A stretch of 64,000 bases of DNA from Promethearchaeota archaeon (GCA_048939995.1 JBHLOY010000007.1:96001-160000), one strand, 5' to 3'; positions 1 through 10,405 are shown, numbered from the stretch's first letter. The notes: generated by a model not told the origin, from the sequence alone. Program-made: numbers and translations.

Positions 1-229
1 TAGAATTCTTTCAAATGTTGATATTGGAATAGGAATTACGGGAATCGCGGGGCCTACAGGAGGAACAAAAGAGAAACCTGTTGGATTGGTTTATATTGGC
101 TATTCTACAAAAGAAGAAACAAAAATAGAGAAATATTTTCTTCAAACAGATAGAATTCATTTTAAAGAATTAGTTTTGGAGAAGGTTTTGGAATACTTAG
201 AGAACATTACCTTGGAAGAAAAATTATAG
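1..229 (+). CDS. CinA C-terminal / NMN deamidase (PncC) domain protein, 5'-truncated by window edge
   Basis: Frame 2 reads ...[28 protein letters not shown]...EEKL*, the CinA-C signature (TGIAGP..G...KPVG.VY); stop at 227-229; not in ORF track. Confidence 0.85.
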   Translation, partial: RILSNVDIGIGITGIAGPTGGTKEKPVGLVYIGYSTKEETKIEKYFLQTDRIHFKELVLEKVLEYLENITLEEKL

Positions 230-251
230 ATGAGTTATAATAACTCTATTT

Positions 252-1433
252 TTAAATTAGTTTTCCTTGTTCCATTATTTGCTTTTTAGTTCCATCCTTA
301 TATTCAACTGTAATGTTTGCTTTTGGATGAGTTACAAAATCCCAATGCATCTGAGATGCAGAAGTTCCTCCAAAAGATATATTAAATCCAAAAGCAAGAT
401 GGACACTCCCAATTATCTTTTCATCAGTAAGTATATATCCAATGGCTTTTGTGATTTCTGGGTTGCAGCCTATTCCAAGTTCTGCTACATTATAGGTCCT
501 AATTTCAGGAACTTCATTTTGTTTATCCAGTTCTTCACATTTTTTAAAAGTATTAACTAAATCTCTTAAATTTATATCAGCAGTTACTTTATCAAGCAAT
601 AATTTTCCCTTTTTGAAAGGGAGCATAACATTTTTAACAATTTTATCACTGATTCGGTCCTTCGTTAGAGGACAAAAAATAGTGCCTTCTCCCTGTGTTT
701 CTTGAGGAGGGAAATATACTTCACCTGCAGGTAAATTTCCACCCAGATCTCCTAAAGCAATTTGTTCATCAGAAAGGATTCCATCATCAAGTATTTTACT
801 TCTATCTTCAATTGATACCCAAAAATCAGTTCCATAATCATCAGAAACATAAACTCTTCTTCCATTTTCGAAAAAACGACCTAAATTTTTCGTTAATTCA
901 CTCATTTTCTCCTGAGGAATACTCATTCCTCCAACAATAAACTTTTCATAAAGTTTATAATCAATATTAAAGAATTTTGCAGCCTCCTTTGATGGCCAAG
1001 CAGCATAACACCACTTTTTACCAGGAGCATACTCTTTTTTAAGACCATATAGTATGTTTCTTAGAGGCAAATTAGCCTTTGCTACAGCATCAACCTTCTC
1101 ACGTGGAGCCCTATTTTTTATGGAAGGGTCCGCTAATGGTTCAATTACGATATAAGCATCAATATTTTCAATCAACTTTTGGTAGTGCATACCTGTTTTT
1201 TCCAAAGTCTCTTTTTTGATGGATTCATCTTGATAGATTTGCTCTGAATAATTGTCGCTTGTATATGAAATAAAGGGGATTGCTTCTTGTCTAAAAAGGC
1301 TCAAACCAATTTCCTCTAGTAAATCTTGAGAATAAAGACCTCCCCTTACAAATACACATTCTCCAGGCTTTTTTATATTAATACTTTTAGTAATGTTTTC
1401 AGCACATATTTTAATTTTCTCCTTTGTAATCAT
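252..1433 (-). CDS. M29-family (thermophilic) aminopeptidase
   Basis: NLPAGEVY, AELGIG, DEKIIGSVHLAFG and HWDFV motifs. Confidence 0.85.
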   Translation of the reverse strand: MITKEKIKICAENITKSINIKKPGECVFVRGGLYSQDLLEEIGLSLFRQEAIPFISYTSDNYSEQIYQDESIKKETLEKTGMHYQKLIENIDAYIVIEPLADPSIKNRAPREKVDAVAKANLPLRNILYGLKKEYAPGKKWCYAAWPSKEAAKFFNIDYKLYEKFIVGGMSIPQEKMSELTKNLGRFFENGRRVYVSDDYGTDFWVSIEDRSKILDDGILSDEQIALGDLGGNLPAGEVYFPPQETQGEGTIFCPLTKDRISDKIVKNVMLPFKKGKLLLDKVTADINLRDLVNTFKKCEELDKQNEVPEIRTYNVAELGIGCNPEITKAIGYILTDEKIIGSVHLAFGFNISFGGTSASQMHWDFVTHPKANITVEYKDGTKKQIMEQGKLI

Positions 1434-1636
1434 AATTCTGTAAAATGGTGTTTATATATTAATTCTTTTTTTTTATTTCAATGGAATAAGTCATTTCTAC
1501 ATAGAGAAAATTTTATTATGAAACAAAAACTAATCAAAGAATTTATTAGATTAGGTTATTATAAATAAAATAGAAAGAAATTACTTTTTAAACTTTTAAT
1601 TTACCCAATATTTCATATATATTTAAAATCTAAATA

Positions 1637-2101
1637 ATGGTAATTCGCGAAGTTGGTTTATTATTCAGAGGATTCACATTAGTTAAAAAGAGTTATCATA
1701 AATCAACTTTTGGAAGAATTGATGTCGATTTAAGAAGTGGTTTACTAACAGCGCTTTTAAATTTCGCAGATACAGCTTTTACTTACAATTCGATAGAATA
1801 TTTTGAAGGAAAGAAATTTGTCATTACATTTACAAACGATACAATTCGGTCAGATGATAGTATTGAACCTGAGCCACTAATCTCTTATGCAATATTAGAT
1901 AAAGAAAAAAAAGTCGAAAAATATATTCATAAAATAATTCAACCCCTCTTATTTAGTATTGCGAATGAGTTTAAAAAAGCTAATGAAGGAAAAAATCTTT
2001 CAGAAGTAACACAATTTAAATATTTTAAAAATATTCTTGATTATACTTTTGGTTCAGACGCAAAAAACATCGATCAAAAACTAAAGGGTCTTTTTTATTA
2101 A
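1637..2101 (+). CDS. Asgard longin-like domain protein
   Basis: N-terminal beta pair followed by 'DLRSGLLTALLNFA' helix and a beta-meander, the pattern of Asgard longin-like proteins. Confidence 0.55.
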   Translation: MVIREVGLLFRGFTLVKKSYHKSTFGRIDVDLRSGLLTALLNFADTAFTYNSIEYFEGKKFVITFTNDTIRSDDSIEPEPLISYAILDKEKKVEKYIHKIIQPLLFSIANEFKKANEGKNLSEVTQFKYFKNILDYTFGSDAKNIDQKLKGLFY

Positions 2102-2111
2102 GAAATAATAA

Positions 2112-3062
2112 TTATTTTAAATTTAATGCTTTTTTTAAATAAAGCAATATCAATGGCAACACAATGGTTGCATCTGACACAATAGTAGAATATTTTGCAC
2201 TTTTACTAACTTTACCCCATGATATCGCCTCTTCTAGTGTTGCTCCACTTAATCCACCAGTTTCTGGGCGATCCATTGTAATTTGTATTGCATAAATTGC
2301 TGATGAGGGGCAAAACTGCAGTGATTGGAAAATAAAGTTCTTTGGAACACCTCCACCAACTATGCAAACTCCCGCATGTTTGGTGTCCCATGCTAAATCA
2401 ACCATTTTTAACATGTCCTTAAAATGATTTAGATTTAAATTACGATGATGAAATCCTAATTGTAATGCTAATCCCGAGTCAGTAAATGCTGGACAGAAGA
2501 TTGGTATTTGCTTTTCAGCACATATTTTTAAGATTGAATTAGGATTGTCAGGTAATTGTTCACCTAAAAATTTTAAGAAATTGCTAACTGGCATGCTGTT
2601 ATCAGGAATCTCTAAACCAGATATAAAATCTTCAATTCCTTCATAAACATTATTTGGTAAAAAAACATCATAAATTCGGTTTAACTTATAGTCGTAAAGC
2701 TTAGCATCATCCAAATTTTGAATATTCATTTCGCCCTGTAAATGATGGAATCCTAGTGTTTCAGCAATATCATGAGTCAAGCTGGCTCCCGTGGTTACGA
2801 AAATATCAATAAATCCGTTTTCTAAAAAATCATGAATTATTCCTTGCATACCTACTGGTATTAGGGCTCCTGCTAATCCGAAAAATTTCGTACAATCATT
2901 ATCTTCAACCATCTCTTTATAAATGTGGCATGCCTTAGCTAATCTTTTAGCATTAAACCCTGTTTCCACTAGTGATTCTATTAGTTCTAAAATATCATCT
3001 GTTCCTTTTAGCTTAAATTGGTTTACTTTTTTCAGTTCATCTTCAAATTTTTTGGTGGGCAT
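2112..3062 (-). CDS. dys: deoxyhypusine synthase
   Basis: TGFNA, CPAFTDS, GGGVPK, GGLSGA and EEAISWGK (catalytic Lys) motifs. Confidence 0.9.
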   Translation of the reverse strand: MPTKKFEDELKKVNQFKLKGTDDILELIESLVETGFNAKRLAKACHIYKEMVEDNDCTKFFGLAGALIPVGMQGIIHDFLENGFIDIFVTTGASLTHDIAETLGFHHLQGEMNIQNLDDAKLYDYKLNRIYDVFLPNNVYEGIEDFISGLEIPDNSMPVSNFLKFLGEQLPDNPNSILKICAEKQIPIFCPAFTDSGLALQLGFHHRNLNLNHFKDMLKMVDLAWDTKHAGVCIVGGGVPKNFIFQSLQFCPSSAIYAIQITMDRPETGGLSGATLEEAISWGKVSKSAKYSTIVSDATIVLPLILLYLKKALNLK

Positions 3063-3066
3063 AATG

Positions 3067-3975
3067 TTAAAAATATAGGTTATTCGAAATAAATGAAATA
3101 AATTCTATAATTAATTTAGCAGCTAAATTACTGGTTAAATTATTTGGAAGATCTAAATTTGGAGCTACCTCAACTAAATCAAATCCGATAACTTTAAATT
3201 CTTTTGCTATTTCTCTTAAAGATTTCCATAATTCTCGATATGATAAGCCTCCAGGAATTGCAAATCCTGTAGCGGGAGCAACTGAAGGATCAAGAACATC
3301 AATATCGATTGAGATATATAGATATTTTATCTTAGAACTCTTAAAAAACTTAATAATTTCCTCTATATATTTATTTAAACCATAATCTTGTAATTTATAA
3401 GCATTTAGATATGTTATCTTTTCTTCATTTACGATCTCAAGCTCCGGGATATCGATATCTCTGGTACCAACAATTAATATATTATTATTATTTACAAAAT
3501 CTAGGTCATAAATTCTATGTGATATAGTGGCATGCGAGTATACTCCTTTATCCCATTGCTCATAGAAATCAAGATGAGCATCAAACATTAAATAACCCAA
3601 TTCACTTTTATCTTCAAATAATTCTCCAACTGCTTTTGCAACAGGAAAAGAGCAAAAATGATCTCCCCCAATCATTACGGGAATAATCTCGCTTTTTTGC
3701 TCATAAATACTTTTAATAAAATTGTTGATATCTTTAAGGTTTTTATCCACTTCTTCTGCATCAATTTTTACGTCTCCTATATCAACAACATCTAATTTTG
3801 GGATTTCATAACCCATCTCTGTAGTTAAGGCTAAATCATTAGTAACCTCACGTATTTTTTCCGGTGCTACTGCTGAATTAGGAGCTTTTATCGATGTAAG
3901 ATAATCCCAAGGAATACCAAATATTATGAACTTGCTTTTAGAATCAATAACCTGTCCAAAATCAAAAAATGTCAT
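3067..3975 (-). CDS. speB: agmatinase / ureohydrolase
   Basis: GGDH, DAHLD, SIDIDVLDP..APATG...PGG, GFDLVEVAP arginase-family metal motifs. Confidence 0.88.
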   Translation of the reverse strand: MTFFDFGQVIDSKSKFIIFGIPWDYLTSIKAPNSAVAPEKIREVTNDLALTTEMGYEIPKLDVVDIGDVKIDAEEVDKNLKDINNFIKSIYEQKSEIIPVMIGGDHFCSFPVAKAVGELFEDKSELGYLMFDAHLDFYEQWDKGVYSHATISHRIYDLDFVNNNNILIVGTRDIDIPELEIVNEEKITYLNAYKLQDYGLNKYIEEIIKFFKSSKIKYLYISIDIDVLDPSVAPATGFAIPGGLSYRELWKSLREIAKEFKVIGFDLVEVAPNLDLPNNLTSNLAAKLIIEFISFISNNLYF

Positions 3976-3996
3976 TTAATCTGTACTCCATTTTAA

Positions 3997-5712
3997 TTAC
4001 ATTTGTTCAAGGGTTTCTATCCCTAAAATTTTTAGTCCACTCTTTATCACAATCTGTACACACTTTATCAAGAATAATCTTGCGCCTTCCAGCTCCTTGT
4101 CTTCAGAAATCACTTGACATGAAGTATAAAATGAATTAAAATATTGACATAATGTAAGTAAATATTGAGCAATTAAATGGATATTGTAAGTTTTTTCTGA
4201 ATCATTGATATATTCGGGAAAATAGGTCAACCACTTTATTAATATCAACTCTTTTTCATGTTTTAATAATTCCCAGTTGATTTTCGAGCTAATATCAAGA
4301 TCAGACTTATTGATGATTGAAGCGATTCTTGCATAACAGTATTGAATATATGGTCCAGTTTCACCTTCAAAAGAAATACTTTCTTCGGGATTGAAGATAA
4401 ATCCTTTTGAGGGACTATATTTTAAGATGTAGAATTTTAAAGCAGCTAATCCGATAGTTTCTGCCCTCTTCTTCTTTTCATCTGTAGGAATAGAGGGGTA
4501 TCTTTTTTCTACTTCTTTAAAAGCGAGTTCTTCGACCTCTTCAATAACATCATCAGCATCAACAATTGTTCCTTCCCTACTCTTCATCTTTCCACTTGGT
4601 AAATCTACCATCCCATAAGATAAGTGAAAATTATCTCCCTTAAATCCTAATTTATCTAATATAGCGAATAACCATTTAAAATGTTGGATTTGCTCATCAG
4701 CAACAACATAAATTGATTTATCATAATTGAAATCTTCTTTCTTCTTATAAGCTAAATATATATCTTGAGTTATGTAAATTGCTGTACCATCACGTCTTAT
4801 TAGTATTTTATCTTCAAGATTATAATCATTTAGTCTTGCTATAATAGCTCCATCGTCAAGTTTTTCAAAAATACCTCTCCTTAATCCATCATTGATGATT
4901 TCTTTACCTCTTAAATAAAGATCAGATTCAAAGTAGATTTTGTCAAATGAAATACCTAACTTCTTATACGTATCATTAAAACCATCAAGAGCCCACTGAT
5001 TCATCTGATTCCATAATTCAACTGTTTCTCTATCACCAGCTTCCCATAGCTTCAACAAATCATAAGCTTCTTTTTCTAATTCTTTTTCGTCTTTTTCTTT
5101 TTCATTATAGAGTACGTAAAAATCTCCCACGAAATGATCACATTTCTTGTTAGGTTTTCTATTTTTGCCCCATTTCTTATATGCTAACATACTCTTGCAG
5201 ATATGAATACCACGATTATTATATAAGTTAACTTGGAATACTTGATGTTCTTTATATTTAAGAAGATTGGAAAGAGATTGCCCTAATAACATATTTCTCA
5301 CATGCCCAAAGTGAAGTGGTTTATTAGTGTTAGGTGAGGGATATTCAATGACAATCTTTAGTCTCTCCTCTTTTTCTATTCCTAATTTTAACCTTAGTCT
5401 ACCAAAATCTTCTTTCAGATTAAATATTTCATCTAGAATATATTTGCCACCTACTTTCATATTTAAATATGGGCCTTTTGCTTCAATTTGTTCTAAGTAT
5501 TGGGGTAATTTGATTTTGTCCTTCAATTCTAAAGCAATCTTGTTTGCATTTTTATCCTTTTCCCATTTAGTTAATACAAAACAAGGAAGGGCGTAGGTAT
5601 AATCAATATCTGGAGGTGGTATTTCAATAATTGATTTAATCTCTTCTATTCTAAGTTGCGGTAAATAGTCATGCAGAAATTCTGCAATTGTACTCTTGTC
5701 AATGGCTATCAT
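3997..5712 (-). CDS. argS: arginyl-tRNA synthetase
   Basis: EYPSPNTNKPLHFGH (HIGH-like), KMKSREG (KMSKS-like), GETGPYIQY, DALR-type C-terminus. Confidence 0.97.
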   Translation of the reverse strand: MIAIDKSTIAEFLHDYLPQLRIEEIKSIIEIPPPDIDYTYALPCFVLTKWEKDKNANKIALELKDKIKLPQYLEQIEAKGPYLNMKVGGKYILDEIFNLKEDFGRLRLKLGIEKEERLKIVIEYPSPNTNKPLHFGHVRNMLLGQSLSNLLKYKEHQVFQVNLYNNRGIHICKSMLAYKKWGKNRKPNKKCDHFVGDFYVLYNEKEKDEKELEKEAYDLLKLWEAGDRETVELWNQMNQWALDGFNDTYKKLGISFDKIYFESDLYLRGKEIINDGLRRGIFEKLDDGAIIARLNDYNLEDKILIRRDGTAIYITQDIYLAYKKKEDFNYDKSIYVVADEQIQHFKWLFAILDKLGFKGDNFHLSYGMVDLPSGKMKSREGTIVDADDVIEEVEELAFKEVEKRYPSIPTDEKKKRAETIGLAALKFYILKYSPSKGFIFNPEESISFEGETGPYIQYCYARIASIINKSDLDISSKINWELLKHEKELILIKWLTYFPEYINDSEKTYNIHLIAQYLLTLCQYFNSFYTSCQVISEDKELEGARLFLIKCVQIVIKSGLKILGIETLEQM

Positions 5713-5828
5713 TTTCAGAGAAGTATTATTTGGTTGTAAATTTTAACTGCTTTATTAAGTATATTTAAGGTAACTCAAAAATTTATGTAATTAATATTCT
5801 TAACATAATAAAATCTAAAAGCACTAGG

Positions 5829-6944
5829 TTAGAATGTTTTCCAAAAATCTGTAGCAGAAAGTGTGGTTTTTACTTTAGAAAATGGACAAATAGAAATACA
5901 ATAACCACAATCACTCGAATTTTCAATCCAAAATTCAAAACATTTTTCCACATTTACATAATATTTCTTAACTCCCGGATTATTAGATATTGTCGGTGGT
6001 TTAAAGAAAGGTTCTACTTCAGTTGAAATTGCTTTAGTTTCACATATATCAGCACATTTAAAACATTGGGAACAGAAATTCCTTACTTTACCTATAAATT
6101 CCAAATTAGGTTTATCAGAAACAAGAGGAATATCAGTAAATATTTTGCAGATTCTTACGCGAGGACCATACTCTGGAGTGATTAATAAACCATGCCTTCC
6201 AATGGCTCCAAGTCCCGCATCAATCGCTAAAGGAATACTGATTGCGGTATCATTACCACATTGAATTGCACGATAGCCTAAATTTCTTATGAACTCACCG
6301 AGACAAGAAATTACAAATGCCATTTTCGAATAAGCTACTGCTGCTGCAGCAGCAGCAGGTTGAGCTGGAGCAGTTGATATAGCATCGTGATCCATCTCAA
6401 TAGCCATAACTATTGCCTTATTTATTCCTTGAGGCAAATTAATAGCATTTTCCAATATATCTTTAGATGATTTTCCTTCCCTAAGTTCTTTCTTTGAATC
6501 TGCTTCACTAGTCATATCAGTTCTTAAAAAGCCAGTCTTATAAACCCATTTTTCATTAATATCTGTAACTCCAACTAATGATGCCCCATAAAATTTGGCA
6601 ACTTTTTTTAGTATTAAAGTAAAATCTTTAGGATCTTTTATTTGATATTTTATTTTCATCCAATCTAAGCCATAACCGATATCATAATCATTTTTCCTTT
6701 GCCAAGCAAAAGCAAATGGAAATCTTTCATAAACAGTCCATCCCGCGGCTACAATCGCAAAATCAACTCGAGAATATCCTTCTTTCTTTGAATTTATGTG
6801 ATTTTCTATATTCTCTTCAAACATTTTACCAAATGTTGATAAACTTTTATCCCAAAGACGGCGGTAAATCATGTGGTTTTTTTCTTCGAAACGACAATAT
6901 ATCTCTTCATTAATCTCATAGGCAACTTCTGAATTTTTTTCCAT
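5829..6944 (-). CDS. reductive dehalogenase (RdhA)-family corrinoid/Fe-S protein, no TAT signal
   Basis: AIDAGLGAIGRHGLLITPEYGPRVR..IFTDIPL; FCxxCxxCxxxC and C..FW....DCGYCISICPF Fe-S motifs; N-terminal RFEEKN..Y.R.WD. Confidence 0.75.
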   Translation of the reverse strand: MEKNSEVAYEINEEIYCRFEEKNHMIYRRLWDKSLSTFGKMFEENIENHINSKKEGYSRVDFAIVAAGWTVYERFPFAFAWQRKNDYDIGYGLDWMKIKYQIKDPKDFTLILKKVAKFYGASLVGVTDINEKWVYKTGFLRTDMTSEADSKKELREGKSSKDILENAINLPQGINKAIVMAIEMDHDAISTAPAQPAAAAAAVAYSKMAFVISCLGEFIRNLGYRAIQCGNDTAISIPLAIDAGLGAIGRHGLLITPEYGPRVRICKIFTDIPLVSDKPNLEFIGKVRNFCSQCFKCADICETKAISTEVEPFFKPPTISNNPGVKKYYVNVEKCFEFWIENSSDCGYCISICPFSKVKTTLSATDFWKTF

Positions 6945-7048
6945 CTCAAATCATAATTTTTCGTGTTAAATATAATTTAAAATTAATAAATAAAAGTTTT
7001 AAAGAGTTGAGGTTAATGTAATGGATACGATTTCACTTGTAAATTATC

Positions 7049-7552
7049 TCAATCGAAGAAGGGGAAAGGGATATAGATCCTTAAAATAAAAAAGATAACT
7101 CTTATGTACAATCCTATTAACCCAGCAACTCCTAGAATTAAACCTATAATCCCCATTGCCTTTGAATCATCCTTAACTATTCCTAGAATGCCCGAAACAA
7201 TTGCTAGGATACATAAAATTATAATCATTACGTTATTAAATATGATTAGAGATGATGTAGAGATCCCAATGATTCTTAAGAATATAATTAGAAAAGTTAA
7301 GCCCAAACCAATTATTCCTGCAACTAGAGCAACAGTACCATACGTTTTTTCAGGTTCAAAATAACCATTAGAAGGTTTAGAAGCTACTATCTTAACTGGT
7401 GGGGGAATTTCTGCTCTGAGTGGTTCAATTTGCATTTCTGGTTGTTTCTGAACTATTGTAGAGATTCGTTCTTCTGATAAACGATACCCACAATTGGAAC
7501 AAACATTCCAAAAAGATTCTACTTTGGTACCACAACTTGGGCAATAGTTCAT
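7049..7552 (-). CDS. zinc-ribbon + 3-TM membrane protein (paralog 1)
   Basis: YCPSCG...CSNCG zinc ribbon then three hydrophobic helices; start placed at ATG 7552 by alignment to the neighbouring paralog. Confidence 0.75.
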   Translation of the reverse strand: MNYCPSCGTKVESFWNVCSNCGYRLSEERISTIVQKQPEMQIEPLRAEIPPPVKIVASKPSNGYFEPEKTYGTVALVAGIIGLGLTFLIIFLRIIGISTSSLIIFNNVMIIILCILAIVSGILGIVKDDSKAMGIIGLILGVAGLIGLYIRVIFFILRIYIPFPFFD

Positions 7553-7668
7553 ATTTATCACTAGAAAATGTACATTTATATTTCTTTTCTAGAAATTATG
7601 AACCTTTTATAAAAAACAATCAAATTAATATTCAAAGTTCAATTGGCTTCAAAAGCTCTTTAACACTG

Positions 7669-8148
7669 TCATGGAGGCGGAATGGGGATAGTAAAGATGC
7701 TATATATATAGAGTTGTGCTCTTATAAAAAGTATAGCAAATACTCCCAAACCCAAAATAAATCCCGTTATCGTCATTCCTTTTGAATCATCTTTGAAAAT
7801 TCCTATAAAACCAAAGATAGCAGCTGTGATTCCCATTGCAATTATAAATACATTATTGACCACTATGGAAACATTATTAAACGTTACTATAGGAATAATT
7901 CTAATGACTAAAGTTAAAATTGATAAACCAAAACCAATAATTCCGAATGTTAAAGCATATGTTCCATATGTTTTTTGAGGTTTAAAATAAGTATAACTCT
8001 CTTTAGGAGGGACAACTTTAAACTCCTGATTCGCAGGTTTTTTCTCTATAATTGGTGAACTAATTTCTTTTGATAAACGATACCCACAATTAGCACAAAC
8101 CTTCCAAAAAGACTCAACTTTGGTCCCACAATTCGGGCAATAATTCAT
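7669..8148 (-). CDS. zinc-ribbon + 3-TM membrane protein (paralog 2)
   Basis: MNYCPNCGTKVESFWKVCANCGYRLS nearly identical to paralog 1; KTYGT and KDDSK motifs shared. Confidence 0.75.
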   Translation of the reverse strand: MNYCPNCGTKVESFWKVCANCGYRLSKEISSPIIEKKPANQEFKVVPPKESYTYFKPQKTYGTYALTFGIIGFGLSILTLVIRIIPIVTFNNVSIVVNNVFIIAMGITAAIFGFIGIFKDDSKGMTITGFILGLGVFAILFIRAQLYIYSIFTIPIPPP

Positions 8149-8209
8149 AAATAGTGATATGCATTTTGTATATATATTTCTTTTCTATAAATTAAAAAAT
8201 AGTATAGAT

Positions 8210-8782
8210 ATGTTAACTAGATGTGAGTGGGTTAGTGATGATATTCTAATGATTGAATATCATGATAAAGAATGGGGCGTTCCTCAACATAATGACAATA
8301 TTCTCTTTGAATTCCTAATTTTAGAAGGAATGCAAGCAGGATTAAGTTGGAGTACAATTCTCAAGAAACGAGAAAACTTTAGAAATGCTTTAGATAATTT
8401 TAGATATAATATGATCTCCAAATATAATGAAGATAAGATTGAGGAACTCCTTCAAGATAAAGGAATTATAAGAAATAGATTAAAAATTCAGTCGATTATC
8501 ACAAATGCTAAAGCTTTTTTAAGGATACAATCTGAATTCAATTCTTTTAATAATTATATATGGAATTTTGTTAATAACAACCCAATACATAACGCATGGA
8601 AAACTTCAGATGAACTCCCTTCACATACTGAACTCTCAGACAAAATAAGTAAAGATCTAAAAAAACGAGGCTTCAAATTTGTTGGTTCAACTATTGTATA
8701 TGCTTTTATGCAAGCTGTTGGTTTAGTAAACGATCATACCATTAATTGTTTTAGATTTACTGAAATAAAAAATAGTTATTGA
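8210..8782 (+). CDS. tag: DNA-3-methyladenine glycosylase I
   Basis: RCEW...YHDKEWGVP, LEGMQAGLSW, IIRNRLKI, FKFVG, GLVNDH...C; start moved to ATG 8210. Confidence 0.93.
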   Translation: MLTRCEWVSDDILMIEYHDKEWGVPQHNDNILFEFLILEGMQAGLSWSTILKKRENFRNALDNFRYNMISKYNEDKIEELLQDKGIIRNRLKIQSIITNAKAFLRIQSEFNSFNNYIWNFVNNNPIHNAWKTSDELPSHTELSDKISKDLKKRGFKFVGSTIVYAFMQAVGLVNDHTINCFRFTEIKNSY

Positions 8783-8997
8783 TATTAATCTCAAATTCGA
8801 TAATTTTTTTAATGGAGATTTCTAATAAATTTTTAAAAGTATAAGATATTAGATAATTTTTAATTTACCATTTAAAGATTTATATATGTGAATAAAATTA
8901 TTTATTATAGAAATCGAATTAAAAATCTCATAAAGTATATTTTTAGTGACTTATAGAAAAACATTATTAGAAGAACATATAAGGGTAAAAAGATAAT

Positions 8998-9525
8998 ATG
9001 TGGGATGCCACATTTAAGATTGTAATATTCGGTGATGCTGGTTGTGGAAAAACTACATTAACTCAGAGATTTTTGACAAGAATGTTTATTTCAGACTCTA
9101 AAATGACAATTGGAGTCGATTTTGAAGTTAAAAGTTTGGAAATTGATGTTAAGAAGGTAAAATTGCAAATCTGGGATTTTGGTGGGGAAGAACGATTTCG
9201 ATTTTTACTTCCTACGTATGTGAGAGGTGCTAAAGGTGGATTATTCATGTATGATATCACAAATTACTCATCAATTGCACATATAGATGATTGGTTATCA
9301 GTTATAAGAAAAGAAATTAAAGCAGAGGATGAGTTCCCCATTATTGTTGTTGGAGGTAAAGCAGATCTAAGTTCTAATCGTGAAGTGACACCCCAAGAAG
9401 GCATTAAAATTGCTAAATCTAGATTTGTAGATGGATTTATTGAATGTTCAAGCAAAACTGGAGAAAATGTTGATGAAACATTTGAAGCTTTAACAAGACT
9501 TATGATAGATAGTTCTCGAATTTAA
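8998..9525 (+). CDS. Rab-like small GTPase
   Basis: GDAGCGKT, TIGVDF, WDFGGEERF, GGKADL, ECSSK; no C-terminal Cys prenylation motif. Confidence 0.92.
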   Translation: MWDATFKIVIFGDAGCGKTTLTQRFLTRMFISDSKMTIGVDFEVKSLEIDVKKVKLQIWDFGGEERFRFLLPTYVRGAKGGLFMYDITNYSSIAHIDDWLSVIRKEIKAEDEFPIIVVGGKADLSSNREVTPQEGIKIAKSRFVDGFIECSSKTGENVDETFEALTRLMIDSSRI

Positions 9526-9541
9526 TGGTATTTTATAGTGT

Positions 9542-10405
9542 TTAATTGATTAATTGTTTCTCTTCTTTTGAATCTAATTCACTTTCAATGTGAGTTCTTT
9601 CAACGGATCTAGCATCTATTCTTCTATTTAATACCATATACTGAAATTCTAAATCTTTCTTATACCTATTTGCGAAACCTACTAGCTGTTTTATCATATT
9701 TATTTCTTGGTCATCAACACTGAAATTAATTCCGCCAAATAGAGGTATCTCTGAGTATTTTTCTTCTAAAATGATTAGAAGTTCATCAGGTAATACATCA
9801 GTTCTCTCTTTTAATGCAATAGCTAAGGCCTCATTTAAATCATCATATTTTTCTTGCTTTCCAAATTGGCATAGAACACATTTATTTACTTTATTTCTAA
9901 GGATAAAGAGTATTATTAAGCCAATTAAATACTTTAAATTAACTAGAACTTCCTTGAAGTTTCCATTACTCATGTATTCTTGTACTACTTTTTCTGCTAT
10001 AGAATAAATGCTTGAGAAATAAATTGCTCTAAAGAAGTAAACTGGATCTACACAAAAAAGTCTAGTAAACCAAAATGGGTTAATATTAATTGGAGGATCC
10101 TCATAGAATTTATAATAAACTAATCTCCCATCTCTTTCTTTACATAAGGTAGATTCTTTTTTAAGCATATTAAGATAAGTGGAGATTGTAGATCTCGCAA
10201 TTTCTTTAAAATATTTTCTGTATTCTAATTCAACTTCTCGAGTTGTTACTTTCTTCTTTCCATCAAGATAGAATTTTAAAATAATCCCCAAGATTCTGTT
10301 TTCATGAAGACGCCCAGTTTTTACCTGCTGTTCTTCTGACTCATCTTCTCTAATATTGTAAAGATCAGAAAGTTCAGGAGCAAACTCCCGAATTAATTTG
10401 TCCAA
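9542..10405 (-). CDS. hypothetical protein with N-terminal winged-helix-like region
   Basis: 'VTTREVE...IARSTISTYLNMLKKE...ERDGRLVYY' resembles a wHTH; the rest is unrecognised. Confidence 0.5.
   Translation of the reverse strand: MDKLIREFAPELSDLYNIREDESEEQQVKTGRLHENRILGIILKFYLDGKKKVTTREVELEYRKYFKEIARSTISTYLNMLKKESTLCKERDGRLVYYKFYEDPPININPFWFTRLFCVDPVYFFRAIYFSSIYSIAEKVVQEYMSNGNFKEVLVNLKYLIGLIILFILRNKVNKCVLCQFGKQEKYDDLNEALAIALKERTDVLPDELLIILEEKYSEIPLFGGINFSVDDQEINMIKQLVGFANRYKKDLEFQYMVLNRRIDARSVERTHIESELDSKEEKQLIN

Noticed and set aside
7049-8148. 3-TM proteins as RdhB-like anchors for the neighbouring dehalogenase
   Set aside because: They carry zinc ribbons, appear to have their own upstream elements, and are separated from rdhA by ~100 nt; no positive evidence.
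8159-8209. N-terminal extension of tag in the ORF track
   Set aside because: Overlaps the upstream element of the divergent gene; family similarity begins at ATG 8210.
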